This document shows positions 13,213 to 25,080 of a stretch of DNA of 64,000 nt, piece by piece. The notes beneath the pieces were generated by a model, which did not search any database, was not told where the DNA came from, and was given only the letters and a program-made list of their open reading frames with translations. Source of the stretch: Nemertoderma westbladi (Eukaryota; Animalia; Xenacoelomorpha). The stretch spans positions 6,299-70,298 of the forward strand of contig JAUCBJ010006628.1 in NCBI GenBank assembly GCA_032718475.1, read 5' to 3'. Made by a program: the position numbers and the translations under genes. Numbering within the stretch: position 1 is the stretch's first letter; each line of letters starts with the position of its first letter.

Positions 13213-16200
13213 TACTGGGGGGGGGGGGGGGGAAGTGTCCGGGGGGAAGTGTCCTACTTGAGCGGGGGGAACTGTCCGGGGGGGGAAGTGTCCGAACACC
13301 CCGTGATCTTCTTCCCCGACAAGAGCAGTAGATGCTAAATCCACTCGTTGACCACATCTCCATCGATTCGGCGCGGCAGTTCGACAGGGTGTTCGGCAAA
13401 CCAGTCCAATACGGGTATTGGGTGGGTTGCAGGGTTACCCCGCGGATCGGATGGTTCTGCCACAACGAAACGGCCCAGAACGATGACAACTGTGGTACTG
13501 GACAACTTTTTCACATTACATTTATGATTGCTATCATTATGTGAGAGTTTGAGAATTTCAACTCTTAAATTTTTTTAATTAAACCGTCAAGTCAAGTCTC
13601 CTCAATGTGGGGAGACTTGACACCTAGGGTGGGAGACTTGAACCCCATCTCGCATACAGTACTTGTAAATTCGTTCAAAAACGCAGAAGAAGTGTAATAA
13701 TTACATGTTCAACATGTCTATTTTCTAGTAGAGCAAAAAAATTCAAAAAATGCGATTGTTAAATTATAATCCAAAATTTTATACAAATTTAGGTGGTCAT
13801 TCACATGGTTCTCCCAACAAGAACTAAATAAATAATAGTTCATTAAAATCGCATTAAAATTTAACGCGGTAAGGTACTTTTTATTAATGAATATCTTGTA
13901 TAATTTTCAATCCAGGCATATATTAATTGTTTTCCTCTAATTCTATTGATGTGTGCCGCTTTCTGACGAAGTGGCATCTTGTTTAACCTGTCAATCACCC
14001 AGTTGGCTGGCTACTAACTACATTGCAAAGAGGGAATGACGAGTTGGTTGGCTTGGCTGGGTTTATCAAGGCCTCTCTCTCTCTCCCTGGCCACTCCATT
14101 GTATTCACATTCCATTCATAGCTTGGTCTGTGTAAGTGCTGATCAACTAGTTGGAGTGCTCTGGTGTAATGGTTCTCTACCTGGGTGTATCTCTAGGTAG
14201 ACGTCAGCATTGAAGGCTTCAAGTCTCCCTCACACTCGGGCGTCATGTCTCCCCACATGGGCTTTTTTTTATATTAATTGATATAATTTCAAAACGGCTG
14301 AACCAAAACTGGAAAACAATATATGGCAGGATAGTGCAATAATTAGTCAACACATGCTGTGAATTACAATTAACATACAGTAAAATAAGGATGCGATATT
14401 TCATTCGTTGTAAAGGGCAACAATTTACTTTTGAACCCAGAAAATGTTTATTGACAATAAAACAAAAAATAACCAAAAAGTAATAAAACATTGTTGCGCG
14501 GGTGTAGCCAACATGTATTTTACACATTTTTGTGTGGTATTGTTAAATAATTTACAATAGTTTTTGAGTTATTAAAAAATATAAAGTCTCCCCTAAAGTC
14601 AAGTCTCCCTCACTCACCCTATATTTTTATTTTTTGTGTGCACATTGCTGGGGCAACAAACCAGTACTATATCCGTATAATCCTGGTTTTTCGAGGTTTT
14701 CATATTCTCAAAACATGAATTTATTCAAGATTGTGAAATAATGTAATATTATAATAGCTAGTAATCGCTTGTTTTAAACTTTCGTAAGAATGCGAGTTGA
14801 AAAGCATTAAGGATTATAAATTGAGATGCATTAATATTAATGTATGCCAAAATAAAGAATTTTCAAAAATTATTGTGGCTAATTGTATTTGAAGCATACT
14901 GTACAATCACATATACTCTTAGCAAAGGACGAAGGAACTGTCCTATAGCTAAACCAGACGTGGAAAACTGGAAACTAATCCCATCTTGGCGAATTAATAA
15001 CCCACCTCCATGTTAAATTCTCAATTTAGGGAAAGGAGCAGGTAACAGTGGCACTTTATTCTAACCGGAACAATAAACTAAAGCCAATAATAGAACAGGT
15101 TACAGTTTTATTGTTGATAGTAAGTCATCAGTAACTAAGTGTGCTTATCGATTACGAATTTAAACTTCAACTAAAATTTTATATTTGTAGGTGGCTTGAC
15201 ACCAACAGACTCAAATGAAAATTCAGGTTAGTTTATCTTCAATTCAATATGAAATGATGGCATCGAATGGTGTATTACATTATAATATATATCACAATGT
15301 TCTATTTGTTTGTTTATTTTATTACGTACATTATACAACGTATAAGTACAAATTAAGTAAAGTAACAACTACATTAATAATTATTGGCACAGCACTGTGG
15401 TATAGTAATTATTAGTAGCACATATTATAAAGAGCGTACGTAGTGTGGTGTATAAATGGCACGGGAATATACTATATTCAATATGCACATTACTTATACA
15501 TACAACAAAAGTTAACGAAAAAATAACTATTTACTTACTCCTAGCACGATGAAATATAGTTTAGTAAACTTTGGATCTCTTCACCCTCAAAACCCGGAAT
15601 CACCGAAAAACCGATTAAGGCTTCAATTAAATCTTTACATGTATCTACTTTCCATTCTTCACCTGATGGAATAGGAACATACTTAAGTTTCGTACTAATT
15701 AATGCAGGCGTTAAAATAGATAGGTTTGAAGTATCACACTCTGTTGCAATATTACGTAAATTTCTACCACTTATTGACCTGCAATCCGATAACAACAGTT
15801 TAGCTAAAAACCGTATGCACGTCCTATTTGAGTGCAATAAAGTATTGCTGAAAGTTACGAAATTTTTACAAATAATCACCCATGGGTGCATAAAACCCGG
15901 AATTTCCTGCACTATGAACCTATGAGAAGTGTATGGTAGACGACAGGTAATCCTAACGTTAATATTCCAACTTGTTAATAATCTACGGCACTCATCAGAC
16001 CACAAATTCCAGGTATTACTACCATAAAACGACATTGCATATAATCTCTGTATTTGTAAAATATTACTAGGATGTGCAAATCCAAATTCTTGCTTAATAT
16101 TATTTAGTTTACCAATAAATTGTCCCCTTTTTCTCAAAATATCACCAGTTAAACGGCACTTATAATCGATAAGTATTCCTAGATAGATGAGTAGCCTCTT

Positions 16201-16864
16201 TAACCCAAGGCAATTGAATATCATTAATTTCTATTCGAAATGCCGGTGGATTCCAACGGAAACCAAACAGGATACATTTACATTTACACTTTTCCACATT
16301 AACATCAGTACTCAGTCGTAGATTATACTTACTGCAAAATTCCTTACACAGATTATCCATAAACTGAAGGCCTACTACTGAAGGACAAAGTAAAAACACA
16401 TCGTCTGCGTACGCTAATACCCCAAAATAATAATTACCAATAAAGCAACCTACCTGAGATTTACGTAATGAACTAATCAGCATATTCAGAACAATGCAAA
16501 ACAAAATAGGGGAGCATACTGCACCTTGACGCACTCCGTTAGTGATTGAGAATTTAAACGAATCGCTATTTAACCATTTCAGCGCACAAATTTGATTACA
16601 GTAAATGAAAAGCAAACACCTTAGATATAACACAGAAAATCCCTTTTTTAGTAACTCCAAAAATAGAATTGGCCATTGGATCAGGTCAAAAGCCTTCGTG
16701 AAATCCAACAGGCACCCAAAAACTTGCGTTGAATGTCTAGCATAGTAATTAATGACCTCGGATGCTGACCAAGTGCACATCACAGTACTAGATTCACTAC
16801 GGAAACCAAATTGGAGATCATCCAATTTTAATTTCGAACCTTCCCCTAATAACATTACCCACTC

Positions 16865-17181
16865 GAACAGATTACGTTAACAGAACGATTACCTACTAGA
16901 ACAAAATCGCCTCCGCTTTGCAGGACATTGCTTTCGCCGTGAGGACCAGCCAGTGCATAATCTTGTACTTTGGCAGCCTCATGGCGTGAATAAACATGGT
17001 GGACAGCCCATGACTTTCTTGAGACGCATCCTAAAGGACACTGGCCTTGAAGAAGCGGATGATCTAGCAAATGTCATGGGTGATAGGGAGTTGTGGCGGT
17101 GCAATTTTGTTGACAAGCCGGCACAGCATTCTTAAAAATGCAGCTGCAATGCAGCATGACGATCCTAGTAGTAGTAGTAGT
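16865..17181 (+). mobile_element. Short 5'-truncated RTE-clade LINE copy
   Basis: TSD ATTACCCACTC (16854-16864, 17182-17192); (TAG)n tail; nearly identical to 18347-18625. Confidence 0.92.
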
Positions 17182-17365
17182 ATTACCCACTCAAAAACTT
17201 TCAAAAGTAACGCAGATATTGCAATAGCCCTATAATTAGTATCTGAAGAAATGTCCCCCAACTTATTTTTCACAATTGGTATCATAGAAATAGATAACAA
17301 ACATTTAGACACAAAGCCATGTGATAAGAAAGCATTAAATAACTTGGCAAGGTGACTTTCAAGAA

Positions 17366-18625
17366 GATGGGTTCCGTAAAGGTCGTGGGACCATGGAGCC
17401 CATTTTGGCACTTAGAAGGATAATTGAAGAATTATCAAAAAAGAAAGACAGGCATCTGGCTGTTATCTTTGTTGACTTCTTCAAGGCCTTTGATTCAGTC
17501 TCTCGCTCACGTATGTTCAGCATACTTTCATTATATGGGATTCCTGATGAAATTATTGCAGCAATCAGATCAGTATACGATGGTTCGACAACATTTGTGT
17601 CTACTGTTGACGGTGACACAGAACCATTTGAAGTGTTATGGGGCGTCCTCCAAGGAGACACACTTGCACCATTCTTGTTCATTATTGTGGTTGACTATGT
17701 TCTACGCATGTCCTTAGATCATCATAATGATGATGGGGTGATGATAACTCCACCTACTGGCTCCAGAAGTCGAGGAAATCCTGCCAAGTACCTAACTGAT
17801 CTAGACTTTGCTGATGACTTAGGAGTACTCTCAGAATCATTAGAGGGAGCCCAACGGCTCCTCAGCTCATTAGAACATGCTGCTTCTAGTGTTGGTCTTT
17901 TTATTAACTCCAGAAAGACCAAAATTCTGACCGTTAACTTTGAAAGTCCTCAGCAAGTCTCTGATCGGATGAGCATAAGCTCAAAGGATGGTATGCTTGA
18001 GAATGTGGACGACTTCTGTTACCTGGGATCATGGATCCGGAAGTCAGGTGAGGACCTTCGAATACGTAAGGGAAAGGCATGGACAGCCTTGAATAGGCTT
18101 TCCAGGATTTGGAAATCACCGAGAATTAATCGGAAACTTAAGGTCCGATTATTTAGAGCAGCAGTAGTTCCAGTACTCCTCTATGGGAGTCCATGCTGGG
18201 CTCTAACTGCTGAGGACACCAAATCTCTGGATGGCACATTCACAAGAATGCTACGCCGGGTTCATTGTGTCAAGTACAATGCACACATCTCCAACCAGAC
18301 ACTATATAACATTGGAGGTGTCTCATTGGTTACCCCAAGCTTGACACTAGAACAAAATCGCCTCCGCTTTGCAGGACATTGCTTTCGCCGTGAGGACCAG
18401 CCAGTGCATAATCTTGTACTTTGGCAGCCTCATGGAGTGAATAAGCATGGTGGACAGCCCATGACTTTCTTGAGACGCATCTTAAAGGACACTGGCCTTA
18501 AAGATGCGGATGATCTAGCAAATGTCATGGGTGATAGGGAGTTGTGGCGGTGCAATTTTGTTGACAAGCCGGCACAGCATTCTTAAAAATGCAGCTGCAA
18601 TGCAGCATGCCGATCCTAGTAGTAG
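17366..18625 (+). mobile_element. 5'-truncated RTE-clade LINE with an uninterrupted RT C-terminal ORF (17393-18586)
   Basis: TSD TTCAAGAA (17358-17365, 18626-18633); GFRKGRGT, DFFKAFDS, GVLQGDTLAPFLF, DFADD, YLGS, LRFAGH; (TAG)n tail. Confidence 0.93.
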
Positions 18626-19003
18626 TTCAAGAAAAGCACCGCCATTAATCAGTGCACCGGAATCAAAACTGTAACTGACGTCTGATTTATTATTCTTTAA
18701 TCGCAGTAAAGCCTCATGTATAATACGGGGCGATAAAAGTTCACTAAGGCCAGTACCATTGGGTTGGTTCACATTATTCACATTAGTGTTATTAATCTTT
18801 TTAATTTCGTCAGCCAGCTTGGATTCAACATCCGATAATTTCACATCACAAGAAATGTTCTGATTATATAAAACATTATAAATATTAGCAAAAATATCCG
18901 CAATATCTGACGAATCAGATTTACCATTAATAAAACTCGATTGCACTCGCACATTCCCTCTAAATTTTTTGATTTCATCAAAAATACCAGTTGTACCATT
19001 TAA

Positions 19004-19695
19004 GGGGGGGGGGGGGGGGGGTACACCATTTTGGTCCAAAATATGTCGAAATTTTTTTTATGGTCTATTATAATGCACCATTGAATGGTGTGTCCAAATC
19101 TGAAAACCGCTATTTAATAGCTCTTTTAGTTTTCAAGTTATGTAAATTTCCATTTACGGAATCCTATTGAAATTACTATTACTATGTATAATGAAAGGTC
19201 GATTATCTCCAAATATTTTTTTCATGAAATTGTCAACTTCAAAACCCTACTACTTCTACAATTTTTGAGTAATTAGTCTGAAACTTCCTGTGGGTGTCTA
19301 GATAGCCACCCTGCATAAAAGTATCAGGCAACTTTTCGAAATTTTTTGTTAATAAAATTTAATACTATTTATAAAAAACCTAAAAATTTGCATAAATTTG
19401 CAGCGCCACCTATCGGTGCAGAATTATTTTAACAAAATTTCGCCTGATAGTTATGTTGCCCCATCTTTGATCTATCATATAAAAAAACTTTCATGTGATT
19501 AGATTCAAAACTGTAAAAGCCTTAGGGTTTTAAGCGCAACCAAGTTTTTTTTGTTGTTAACTAGTATTAACTAATATTAAATAGCGAAAAAAAAATCTTA
19601 GGCACCTATATGCCAAATTTTAGCCAAAATCAAACAATTTTGAAACGCTGAGAGTGATAAATCGAAGAGTTGTCCGAAAATGGTGTACCCCCCCC
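19004..19695. mobile_element. Kolobok-like non-autonomous DNA element
   Basis: TTAA on both sides (19000-19003, 19696-19699); TIR (G)nGTACACCATTTT; removal restores the host LINE frame. Confidence 0.8.
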
Positions 19696-20129
19696 TTAAA
19701 CAGGCCTGCAAAATTTTATTACGTTTAATGTTACCCTGGGCTTTTTTTAACCTGCGTATAGCATATTGATATTGGGCACGAGTAGTACGGCTTTTATGAA
19801 AGAGATAACTATTAGCACCAGTTGGTTTCCCCGCAGCACTCCAAACATCATGCCAAAACATAGCATCTATTTTAAAATCTCTCACATGTTCGTTCCAACC
19901 GGGCAATGTTTGAAATCGCTTGCGGTTTATAACGCCTCCAGTATGTGGCAAAATCTCAGCTGCATTCTCAATAGCCTCCAATAGCTGCATTGTGTATTTT
20001 TCAATAAACAAACGATGTTCAGGTTTAGAACATAAAAGATTATTGCAATTATGACAATCAGTCTCTAAAGAAACATTTATCAGCAAATCATTCATGTGAC
20101 CCATTTCGGCCCATAATTTATTTTCACAT

Positions 20130-23100
20130 GGTGTTATCCTTGGCTTAGTGGCAGAAGAAAATTTACTTTTTTTTTTTTTACTTTTTTTTATAACAAGATA
20201 AGAATCGCCTAGAATTTAGTTATGAGGATATGATAGAATGCAATACCGACCTATACCGAGCTATAACAAGATACAAATTGAGTTGTTTGAGTCAGGGATA
20301 TGAATCGTTTTCTCGAGAACCAGCAATATGTTGTAGTATGGCGATTTCTAGTAAAGAGCAGGTAATGGTTAAGTTCTTTAGTTACAGCGCTTTGGTTTTG
20401 GAAATGACATACTGGAAGCCTATTAGTGCCGGACATAATCCAGGTAGTACGCAGCATTCTTCAACGCGGGCATATTATTACTGTGGCACTCTAATGGGGT
20501 GCTCTAATGTGGCTCGCTAATGCGGTATGGTAGGCTTAATTGTTATATTACTGGGCAAAATGTTTGGCTATTTGTTGTTATGTTTTAGATAGGCGCTTTA
20601 TTCTTGATTGTTTTCTATTTCTAAATCAACGCTTGCTTGGATTTTAGTTAGGGCAAAATAATACAGTATTCAGGCTAACTCTCTATTGTTGCCCAGTAGT
20701 GTAACTAGTTAATGTTACAATTCTGGAACATAACTAATTTTGATACTTAGGGATCCTGTATATTTAAATAAATGTAGGTCCGTACAAATATCTAGGTTGA
20801 ATAAAATTATTGGCAGCATAGCGGAGAGCAGTTTAGCCTGTTCACATTTGGGAAACTTTTAAACTGATCTATGCTAGGTTGTTATCTAAAAAGGGTTGGG
20901 TTTGCCAGTTCTACATTACAGTTCTACTAAAGTGTCACAGGCATTAAAATTGCTGATTACAGTCAGCACCAGTCACTCTGAGCGGTACCTTGCTCTAAGG
21001 CTGATTTACATGTCCAATTGCAATATATTAAATTTCCTCCCAAATTGATGGCATTAAAGTTCAAGGACATCCTGACGGATTAAGACAAGCCTGGGATACA
21101 CTCAACATCAGGTATGGTAATAGGACTAACATAACTAGATACTTGTATGCAAAACTGGTAGCGCCCAGGAAATTCCCTAGCAATGGAATCAAAGAGTTTT
21201 CCGATGCGGTTCATGAGATATGTAGACAGTTAGACTGGTTAGGTATTATTATTATTATTATAGACCAGATCAATATTACCATCAGCACTCCATTATTATA
21301 TTATTAATAAGTCTACATAAATACAATTGATCAATAAGTAAGTAAATTATATATGGTCAAATAAACACTGGGTAAGTCCTAATTGTTATAAACAGTATGT
21401 CAAATAAATATAAGGTTAATATAAACAAAATATCGGTCATTCGGTCACTAATAAATAGTCAATATAAAGCCAAATTAGGTTGTATTAATATATGGTCAAA
21501 TAATCAACATTCAATATACAATATTATGTAATTACGGTTAACCATTATGTCAAACAAATATAAGGTATTTGGTTACTAATAAATTGCCAATATAAAGTCA
21601 AATTCGGAAGTATTAAATATGGTCAGATAATTAAATAGTTAATATACAATGTTATGTAATTACGGTTAATTAAGTACTGCAAGTCAATAAACCACTGTCG
21701 TAAATTAAATGCTGTCAGTAAAACTCACGAGTACCAAAGTTCTATGGTAGTGGGAACTGTAGTGGCAGCTTTGCCAAAGGGCGGAGTAGGTACTCGTTGG
21801 GACAAAAACTTTCTATACTTTGAGGACCAGTAAAGGAGAGATCCTACAATGGCGGACCTTATGTCTTTCCCCTAACAGGAGAGGTAAGACTACAGTTAAT
21901 TAAACAGTCTAGAGAGAAGACTCCTGAAACTAAGGTAAGCGAGAAACCAGAAGCTAGGAGAAAGGTAACTCCTGTATGTTACACCGAGTATGAGAGTCAA
22001 ACCTCATACGATGAGGACAGCAGACCAGACACTGCCAACGTCTATTACACCAATAAAGGTAAGGACATGGGAAAACCCAAGGTTTGGCATAATGACATCA
22101 AAGGAGAGCAACTTAAGACTCCTCCGACATCACCTTAGAGGATTCCTAGTAAGAAGCCCGAAGAAAGAACTCGTGTGCCGAACACAAACTCATCATGTGT
22201 CATGCAAAGAGTGCCATCATTTAAGTAAGTGTGAGGAATTCTTGAGAACCCAAGGACAGGCGTAGTATAACTTGGGATAAGAGGTTATGTTATGATTGTC
22301 TTAGGAGAGGACATCAGAGGAAGATTTGCTATTCAGACACTAGGTGTGCTAAGTGTGGAGCTAAACATCACTCGTTATTACATAGCAAGTTTAATAAGGT
22401 GAGTGAACCAGAGTTGCCCATTCAGTTCAGCGACGTGAATGAAACAAACCAGAGTTTGGAGATGGAAGGATTCTATATAGACAAGTTTTCTGATGAAAAC
22501 GAATTCTGCTATATGATCAACACAACCGTTTATCAAGCCCTTACTCATGAGGCGAAATCCGACTGAGAGGAAATCCAACAATCCATTCTGGATAAACATC
22601 TCTCGTCCACTCTTGGGATGATCCACTTAAAGGAGAACTGCTGTTAAAGAAGTGGATGAAGTGGGAAGGCTCTTTAACAGCTATTGAGAACTTTAAGATA
22701 TCCAGCTCATATATCAGTCACATTCTCCCTACTTATTCATATCAACTCCGTATTTTTGGAGATGCCAGCGCGCGATATTGGAATAGGTATAGTAGCCTAT
22801 TTGAGTGTCTAAATTCCTGAAGGAATTAAAGTTTCATTGACTGCCTCAAAGGCTTTGATAAACAACAAACTATGGGTCCCTAGAGTGGAGTTAAAAGCGG
22901 CAATATACGCTACCGCCATCGGCAGGAATATTACTGAACAGGTAGAATATCAGTTGGATAAAACTGTTTATTGGACAGATGCATTACTCATTCTAGAATA
23001 TCTTACTAATGAGGTCTGCCAGTTCAGCGTCTTTGTCACTAACCGAGTAGCTGTTATACTTAGTCGCACTAATGTAGACCAATGGAGACATTGCCCTAGA

Positions 23101-25080
23101 ATTAATCCAGCCGACATCGCTACACCTAAAGAACTGACAGATACTCCCGATTGGTTATGTGGCCCTGACTTCCTAAGTAAAGAGGAGGAGGAATGCCCCC
23201 CCCCCCCTATCTTATAATGGCTGAGATGACAAAAGCCAAGGGAGTGGAGACTGTTAAACCAAAAACTCAAACTAATCCAAACTGTTGAAACCGACGATAG
23301 ATCTATCGGTACTAGAGACAGACGGCCAATGACGCTAATCAGGATCCTAATGAGAAAAGATCCTAAGCATTCCCAGGTAAGGCGTTTGTTTATATACGAG
23401 AGCGAGATTGGAAGACTGGTATACCTGATGTCTCTGAAGGACTCTCTCCTATCATTCAGAGAGTGATGGTGTATTATAGTTCTTGGAATAGGCTTTGTAA
23501 AGCCATAACCTATTTTAAATGGTGTTTTCATCACCACTATTCCAAGTCAAAGACAACTGATTATGCCATCCCTGGTGTAGTTGATGAGGTCAATGCCATT
23601 AAAAACCTTCCCACTTATCGGCTACCTACCAAGTTTTTACTAATAAGATTACTTACCAGGAGCATGATGATACCAACAAGCAACTGATGAGACTTCTATA
23701 ATGTCATAAGGATCCTGAGAAGTGTTTCCTGTTGTTGAGAAAGCCACAGATGCGCTCAAAGGATTCCTTTTCTAGCATGATGTTTGATGGGTTAATATGT
23801 ATTGAAGGGAGATTAACCTACGCAGCCCTCTCTTTGGACACCAAGTTTCCCATACTAGTTAGAAATCTTGAGATACAAATCAAGATGATTGTAGATGCAC
23901 ACAGTAGGCTTTATAATGCTGGTAGGGAACGAGTTCTTAGCGAAATTAGAACCGACCCCCGCTATTATTTTAATAAGCCGCAAAGAGTGCTGAATCAAGT
24001 TCTTAGGAACTGTATACCATGTAGGAAAGCACTTAGTAGGCCTTTTACCCAGCGAGAGGCAGAATTACCTAGGGAAAGAGTAAGCTGTTATGAACCACCA
24101 TTTACTAATACCGGTGTGGATTTATTTGGCCCTATTGAGGTGTATCGCGCTAGAACTATAGTCAAGCGATGGTGTGTTATATTTGTCTGTATGACTTGTA
24201 GAGCGATTCATCTGGACATGGTGAATGATTTATCTACCAATAGTTTCATACCCAGTTTGCACCAATAAATCGCGCGTTTTGGGACTAGCAACACTATGTG
24301 ATCAGATAAAGGTACAAACTTCATTGGAGCCAACAGTGAGATTAAAGCTTATGTCAATGACTGGAACCAAAGACAGGTGATCAGCTGAAAGTGACAGCAT
24401 CCAGCTGGACCTACAATGCCGCCAATGCTCCTTGGTAGGGAGGAAGTTGGGAGAGACTTATATGCAGTGTCAAGCCGCATTTCACTTTGTATTGCCGTTC
24501 CGCGCGTATCTCGATGATGAACTACTGCAAACACTGGTGGAAGAAATCGCTGCCTACCTGAATGAGAGGCAGCTTATGCCAGTCTCCTCATGTCCAGATT
24601 CCCTAGTTAACACCTGCGCATTTTCTACTCAAGAAGCCAGTGGCCATGCTTCCCACTTCGGTTATTAAAGACAGGGACGAATATTGCAAACAAACTTGGC
24701 AACTTATGCAGTTGTTATCCCGCTGGTTTGCTGATCACTTCGAGAAATACTATCTTCCGACGCTGCAACTCAAAACTAAATGGTTTGCGCAGCAAGAAAA
24801 TATTAGCTCCAGAGACATGGTTCTAATAGTCAATTTGGATCTTTCCCGCAAGAGGTGGCAGATAGGTTGTATCATCGAGACCCATATATTCGACGATGTT
24901 TATGAGGTGAAACCATAAAAAGAAGGGAATAGTTTTTGAGATGCAACAGCTCAATCGCCCAGTTGGGTGTCTGTGTCTATTAGAGTGAGACCGAGAGTTG
25001 TCCGGTAACTACAATAAACAGGAAACTCTACTGACAACTACCTCCAAGATCCAACTCATTATTCATGGGAGTGGGTGTAT
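20130..25080 (+). mobile_element. Decayed BEL/Pao LTR retrotransposon (gag knuckles, RNase H, integrase; protease-RT deleted)
   Basis: CYDCL..GH and CAKCGAKHHSLLH knuckles at ~22290-22383; PRVEL, YWTD, QWRHCP..NPAD; PPFTNTGVDLFGP, CMTCRAIHLD; purine tract GGGAGTGGG then TGT at ~25066-25079. The left boundary is approximate. Confidence 0.85.
21345..21690. repeat. Degenerate AT-rich tandem repeat (about 130-140-bp unit) in the BEL 5' region
   Basis: Recurrent ATATGGTCAAATAA, TATGTCAAAYAAATATAAGG and TATGTAATTACGGTTAA motifs. Confidence 0.65.

Larger units (their letters stand above)
7922..13300. mobile_element. MULE/MuDR-like non-autonomous element with subterminal tandem repeats
   Basis: 8-bp TSD CCGTGATC (7914-7921, 13301-13308); termini GGATCTAGGACACTTCCCC and GGTGTTCGGACACTTCCCC (reverse complement); arrays of GGACACTTCCCCCCC at the left end, inverted at the right end. 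Confidence 0.8.
1249..13545 (-). mobile_element. L2/CR1-group (Crack-like) LINE, decayed and interrupted by nested elements
   Basis: 3' tail AATAAATCTATCTATCT at ~1250-1266; 3'-UTR stem GACCCCCTTGGAAATAAGC...CTTTAGGGGTAATC at ~1347-1383; ORF2 remnants at 4725-7921 continue at 13301-13540. Confidence 0.8.
1166..14619. mobile_element. Non-autonomous TIR element (Tc1/mariner-pogo-like MITE, about 1.15 kb once nested inserts are removed)
   Basis: Perfect 21-bp TIR GGGTGAGTGAGGGAGACTTGA at 1166 and its reverse complement ending at 14619; TA on both flanks; internal GGGAGACTTGA motifs at 13590-13645. Confidence 0.85.
15300..20125 (-). mobile_element. 5'-truncated LINE (RT with YADD; Proto2-like, tentative) interrupted by three insertions
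   Basis: PGWNEHV...FWH..W, NYRAIA, QFGFR, DFTKAFD, GVRQGAVCSPILF, LAYADD, SFYGSNTW; frame restored across each insertion (ACLN|GTTG, FLE|SHL, FEWV|MLL); A-rich tail near 15300-15325; frameshift near 16200. Confidence 0.85.

Noticed and set aside
16865-18625. LTR pair formed by the 290-bp direct repeats
   Set aside because: They are 3' ends of two separate RTE insertions, each with its own TSD and tail.
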